Assembly: GCA_963674825.1 (NCBI GenBank)
Contig: OY771587.1
Span: 1,120,001 to 1,184,000, forward strand
DNA length: 64,000 bases
Origin: Candidatus Cloacimonadales bacterium
GTDB taxonomy: Bacteria; Cloacimonadota; Cloacimonadia; Cloacimonadales; JAIOQZ01
Reading direction: 5' to 3'
Below the pieces are notes generated by a model. That model was given only the letters and a program-made list of their open reading frames with translations. It did no database searches and had not been told where the DNA came from. Below are positions 60,199 to 64,000 of the stretch, piece by piece (position 1 is the stretch's first letter; each line of letters begins with the position of its first letter). The position numbers and the translations under genes were made by a program.

Positions 60199-61650
60199 TG
60201 GATGAAAACCACACGCGCAATCTTCTTTCTCGTACTGACGCTGTTCTCCATCGCCATATCGGCGAATCCGGTTATTGTACCGCAGGATTCGTTACGGCTG
60301 TATTTCCAGCACGATGAAGAATTTTTGATTCTGAATGACGCCGATAGCACCTTCAGCGGTTTCGATGCACTGAAGATCAAAGCTGAAACAGGTAACTTTG
60401 GAGCGCAGAGGGCACTTGCGTTCTACTATATGGAAGGTATCGACACCAAGAAGGACTCCGTTCAGGCATTCTACTGGTTCCAGAAGGCTGCTGAACAGAA
60501 TGACGAAGTAGCGGAATACAACGTCGGTTTGTGCTACAGCCAGGGCATCGGTGTTGAGCAGGATAAAGAAAAAGCCGTTGAGTATTTCCGCCGCGCAGCC
60601 CGGCATGGCATTGTCTCAGCTCAGTACAGCCTTGCCATGTGTTATTACGAAGGGGATGGTGTCGAGAAGAACTACAAGGAAGCATTTCGATGGTTCGATC
60701 AAGCGGCAAATGCTGACAATGAGTATGCCCAGCTCTACCTTTGCGGAATGTATTTAGCTGGCCAGGGAATTGAGAAGAGTCATCGGAAAGCATGGTCATA
60801 CATGAAAAAAGTCTTTATGAGCGGTAATAGGGAGCTCCAGGGCATTCAGATTCGTGCGTATAATGGCAAGTTCTCCATATTTCAGGAGTATGACATCAAT
60901 AAACTGATTGAGGAAGATAAATGGAGTGAGTTCTACGGCACCAAGGCTGAAGCAACCAAGGTTCAGACACGCGCAAAGAAACGTGAGCAGCTAAAAGTCC
61001 TAATCCTACCGTGGGAATTCTTCGTATTGATAGCAATCATTGCCAATGCTTTCAACCTTACCTTGAAACGCAGAAGAGGTGAACGTGTCATCGTGGAACC
61101 TCGACCTCTCACGATCAAGAAACCGGTGACCACGGGAGAAAATTTATATATTGACCTACGGAAGTTGAAAGAACGATCCCAGGGGGACGACGCAGAGGCA
61201 ATGTGCAAACTCGGAGATTGTTATATCCAGGGAGACGGCGTCCCTATCAACCTCTTCAAGGCCGTTGAGCTGTTCAGAAAAGCCGAGGCTTTGGGAAACC
61301 CGCTGGCTCAGTGCAGAATCGGCGAATCCTACATGAATTGCTGGTGTGTGGAGCGTGACGAAAAGAAGGCGGTCGAGTATTTCCGCAAATCGGCAGAGCA
61401 GGGCTGCGCGGAAGGGCAATTCCAGCTTGGATTCGTCTATCTGAAGGGAACAGGCGTGGAAAAAGATCTCGAGGAAGCAGTCAAATGGTTCAAGCTGGCG
61501 GCGGAACATGACCACAAGAAAGCCCAATATTGCCTTGGTCGTTGCTACTCGGGTGGCTTGGGTGTCGAGCAGAATCACGGGGAGGCGGTCAAATGGATGC
61601 GCAGCGAGACAAAGGCTGGAACGATGCCGAAGGAAATTACGGATGCATTC
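59917..61650 (+). repeat. 270-bp near-identical direct repeat (59917-60186 vs 61381-61650)
   Basis: Direct comparison by eye shows about 7 substitutions. Both copies encode the C-termini of adjacent Sel1 proteins. Confidence 0.9.
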
Positions 61651-61653
61651 TGA
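60202..61653 (+). CDS. Sel1-repeat membrane protein, repeats on both sides of a TM helix
   Basis: Signal peptide, SLRs, TM 'VLILPWEFFVLIAIIANAF' followed by KRRR, then more SLRs. Confidence 0.88.
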   Translation: MKTTRAIFFLVLTLFSIAISANPVIVPQDSLRLYFQHDEEFLILNDADSTFSGFDALKIKAETGNFGAQRALAFYYMEGIDTKKDSVQAFYWFQKAAEQNDEVAEYNVGLCYSQGIGVEQDKEKAVEYFRRAARHGIVSAQYSLAMCYYEGDGVEKNYKEAFRWFDQAANADNEYAQLYLCGMYLAGQGIEKSHRKAWSYMKKVFMSGNRELQGIQIRAYNGKFSIFQEYDINKLIEEDKWSEFYGTKAEATKVQTRAKKREQLKVLILPWEFFVLIAIIANAFNLTLKRRRGERVIVEPRPLTIKKPVTTGENLYIDLRKLKERSQGDDAEAMCKLGDCYIQGDGVPINLFKAVELFRKAEALGNPLAQCRIGESYMNCWCVERDEKKAVEYFRKSAEQGCAEGQFQLGFVYLKGTGVEKDLEEAVKWFKLAAEHDHKKAQYCLGRCYSGGLGVEQNHGEAVKWMRSETKAGTMPKEITDAF

Positions 61654-61715
61654 CCTATAAAAACTTGACGCATCAAATTTACCGATGATTTTTGTATGAT
61701 TGATTATAATACAAC

Positions 61716-62756
61716 ATGGAGACGAACATGAGCCAATATACTGATTTCGCAGTCGAACAGATCGCGTCGCTGTGCCGCATTCCCAGTCCCAGCGGTTTTA
61801 CCCAAAAAGCGCAGGCGTATCTGATGGACGAATTCATTTGCCTCGACTACCAGCCCTACCTGAGCCGCAAAGGCTCCGTGATCGTAGAACTCAGCGGTGA
61901 AGGCGAACCGCTGGTTCTGGCCGCGCACGTCGATACACTCGGCGCAATGGTTCGCAGCATCAAGTCGAACGGTAATCTGCGCGTCACGCAGGTTGGCGGT
62001 TACCCCTATAACTATATCGAGACCGAAAACTGCACCATACACACACGCAGTGGAAAAACCTACTCGGGTACCTTCCAGCTCTGCAACCCATCGGTACATG
62101 TCAACCACGAGGCAAGCTCGAAGAAACGCTCGGACGAGACGGTGGATATCGTGATCGACGAGAAAGTGAAGTCGAAAGAAGACGTGGAGAAACTCGGCAT
62201 TCGTGCCGGAGATTTTGTTAGCTTCGATTCCCGCACTGTCGTCACTGAGAGCGGCTTTATCAAGAGCAGGCACCTGGATGATAAAGCCAGCGCTGGTATT
62301 TTCATCTCGCTTGCAAAATGGGTGAAAGACGAAGAAATCAAGCTGAGTCGCAAGGTCTACCTGGTCTTTACAACCTACGAAGAAGTGGGCCACGGCGGAG
62401 CAGCGGGAATCCCCAAGGATACCGTGGAGATGATCAGCGTAGATATGGGCGCTGTGGGAGACGACCTGGAGACCGATGAGTTCAAGGTTTCCATCTGTGC
62501 CAAAGATTCCCACGGGCCTTACGATTACACCGTAACAAGCAAGCTGATCGAACTGGCGGACAGAGATAAGCTCAATTATGCGGTTGACATCTATCCATAT
62601 TACGGTTCGGATGTGGATGTGACGCTCGGAGCTGGTTACGATATCCTGCACGGCCTTATCGGGCCCGGCGTCTTCGCGTCGCACGGCTATGAAAGAACCC
62701 ATCGCGAGGCGGTGGAAAATACACTGAAATTATTGCAGGCATACATCACTGCCTGA
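61716..62756 (+). CDS. M42 family metallopeptidase
   Basis: 'IPSPSG', 'AHVDTLG', 'SRHLDDK', 'YEEVGHG', 'SHGYER'. Confidence 0.92.
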   Translation: METNMSQYTDFAVEQIASLCRIPSPSGFTQKAQAYLMDEFICLDYQPYLSRKGSVIVELSGEGEPLVLAAHVDTLGAMVRSIKSNGNLRVTQVGGYPYNYIETENCTIHTRSGKTYSGTFQLCNPSVHVNHEASSKKRSDETVDIVIDEKVKSKEDVEKLGIRAGDFVSFDSRTVVTESGFIKSRHLDDKASAGIFISLAKWVKDEEIKLSRKVYLVFTTYEEVGHGGAAGIPKDTVEMISVDMGAVGDDLETDEFKVSICAKDSHGPYDYTVTSKLIELADRDKLNYAVDIYPYYGSDVDVTLGAGYDILHGLIGPGVFASHGYERTHREAVENTLKLLQAYITA

Positions 62757-62771
62757 TCGTACGGAGTCTTT

Positions 62772-63902
62772 ATGAAGCGATACGCGCCTTTCTGGATCTT
62801 CGTTATAATCGTCATAACAGCAAACCTGATAATCTATAAGCATTTCACTTCGAAGACGCTGCAACTGAGGGAGTCTTCGAGCAACGTTGTCGCGCAGAAT
62901 GTCGATTTCACGCGCGAAAATCCCATCACCCGCGCGGTGAAGGAAGTCGAGGTGGCTGTGGTAAGTGTCAACGTGCTTAAGACGCGCATTGTCAGGCGCT
63001 ACAACAACCCCTTCCAGAACCCGTTCTTCGGCTATTTCGATATCCCTTACCGGCAGGATGTACAGAGCATCGGTACCGGACTAATCATCGACGAACGAGG
63101 TTATATCGTAACCAATGGACATGTGGTCGAAGGCGCGACCAGCATCACCGTGATCCTCAACGATGGACGGAACCTGGATGCCGAGTTGATCGGCCTGGAC
63201 AGCGTCCACGACGTCGCAGTGGTGAAAATCTCCGGAGAAGACCTCCCTGTTGCGCGATTGGGAGATTCTGAAAGCCTTATCATCGGCGAATGGGCCATCG
63301 CGGTAGGAAATCCTTACGCCTATCTGATCAAAGACTCCAGACCCAGCGTCTCCGTAGGCGTGATATCCGCTGTGGAACGTAACTTTGCCGGCATCGGCGA
63401 AGGCAAGATTTACAAGCGCATGATCCAGACCGACGCAGCCATCAATCCCGGAAACAGCGGTGGACCGCTGGTAAATATTGAAGGCGAAGTGATCGGGCTC
63501 AATACATTCATCTTCTCTGAAACCGGTGAAAGCGTGGGTATTGGCTTTGCTATCCCCATCGACCGTGTGAAGAAAATCGCCCGTGAACTGGTTCGCTACG
63601 GCAAGATCCGGGATCGTCACTTCGGATTCGCTGTTGAGGATCTCAATCAGGCCATCGCGTCCCGTTTCCACCTGGAAAACCTCGACGGCGTAATCGTCGT
63701 AGGAGTGGAAAAAGACGGTCCTGCCGAACGAGCCGGACTCAAGCTCAACGACGTTATCCAGGTGATCAACGATTACCAGATCAAGAGCTTCGACGATGTT
63801 GCGCTGGCTGTTTCCGACCTTGCGGTTGGGGAAGAAATCAAGCTCAAGGTGTGGCGCGACGGCAAGGAAATGACATTCAGCTGGATCACGGAGGAGCTCT
63901 AA
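62772..63902 (+). CDS. HtrA/DegP-family serine protease with one PDZ domain
   Basis: 'TNGHVV', 'DVAVVK', 'QTDAAINPGNSGGPL', C-terminal PDZ. Confidence 0.94.
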   Translation: MKRYAPFWIFVIIVITANLIIYKHFTSKTLQLRESSSNVVAQNVDFTRENPITRAVKEVEVAVVSVNVLKTRIVRRYNNPFQNPFFGYFDIPYRQDVQSIGTGLIIDERGYIVTNGHVVEGATSITVILNDGRNLDAELIGLDSVHDVAVVKISGEDLPVARLGDSESLIIGEWAIAVGNPYAYLIKDSRPSVSVGVISAVERNFAGIGEGKIYKRMIQTDAAINPGNSGGPLVNIEGEVIGLNTFIFSETGESVGIGFAIPIDRVKKIARELVRYGKIRDRHFGFAVEDLNQAIASRFHLENLDGVIVVGVEKDGPAERAGLKLNDVIQVINDYQIKSFDDVALAVSDLAVGEEIKLKVWRDGKEMTFSWITEEL

Positions 63903-64000
63903 GTGCGAAAGTATAATCGGCGCATCATGTACATGACCGCGCTAATGATCATCTTTCTGCTCACCTTCTTCAAATTCCGTGTAACCTCGAACCGCGACCG
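63903..64000 (+). CDS. 5' end of a membrane-anchored protein, truncated by the window edge
   Basis: GTG directly after the HtrA stop; MRKYNRRIMYMTALMIIFLLTFFKF... Confidence 0.5.
   Translation, partial: MRKYNRRIMYMTALMIIFLLTFFKFRVTSNRD

Overview
Bacterial chromosomal window, probably from a diderm FCB-superphylum or Cloacimonadota-like organism. This is inferred from several secreted proteins ending in a 'NYPNPFNP...GKMLMLK' FlgD-Ig/T9SS-type tail. Most of the window is housekeeping: two PpiD/SurA-type isomerases, tsaD, panDC, mreBCD-mrdA-rodA, uvrB, fliA, glycerate kinase, M42 and HtrA proteases, and three Sel1-repeat proteins. A dense DnaA-box cluster at about 21.59-21.78 kb looks like oriC, although no dnaA gene is nearby. 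The standout is an AT-richer ~7 kb segment (4064-11190) bounded by imperfect 26-bp direct repeats and carrying an IS5 remnant. It encodes a candidate new RiPP operon on the minus strand: two tandem 42/41-aa precursors with a near-identical leader, a C-N-Q-R-T-x-R-C motif and Pro-rich tails (one is missing from the ORF track), a radical SAM/SPASM enzyme, a three-gene ABC exporter and a DUF5916-like outer-membrane protein. A perfect 13-bp inverted repeat brackets the two precursor genes. Next to it is an AT-rich P-loop NTPase plus small membrane protein pair that may be a defence module. Other points of interest: covarying GNA-loop hairpin repeats, a sulfite-oxidase-fold protein with Ser in place of the Mo-ligating Cys, a frameshifted FG-GAP surface protein, and a recent 270-bp duplication between Sel1 genes.
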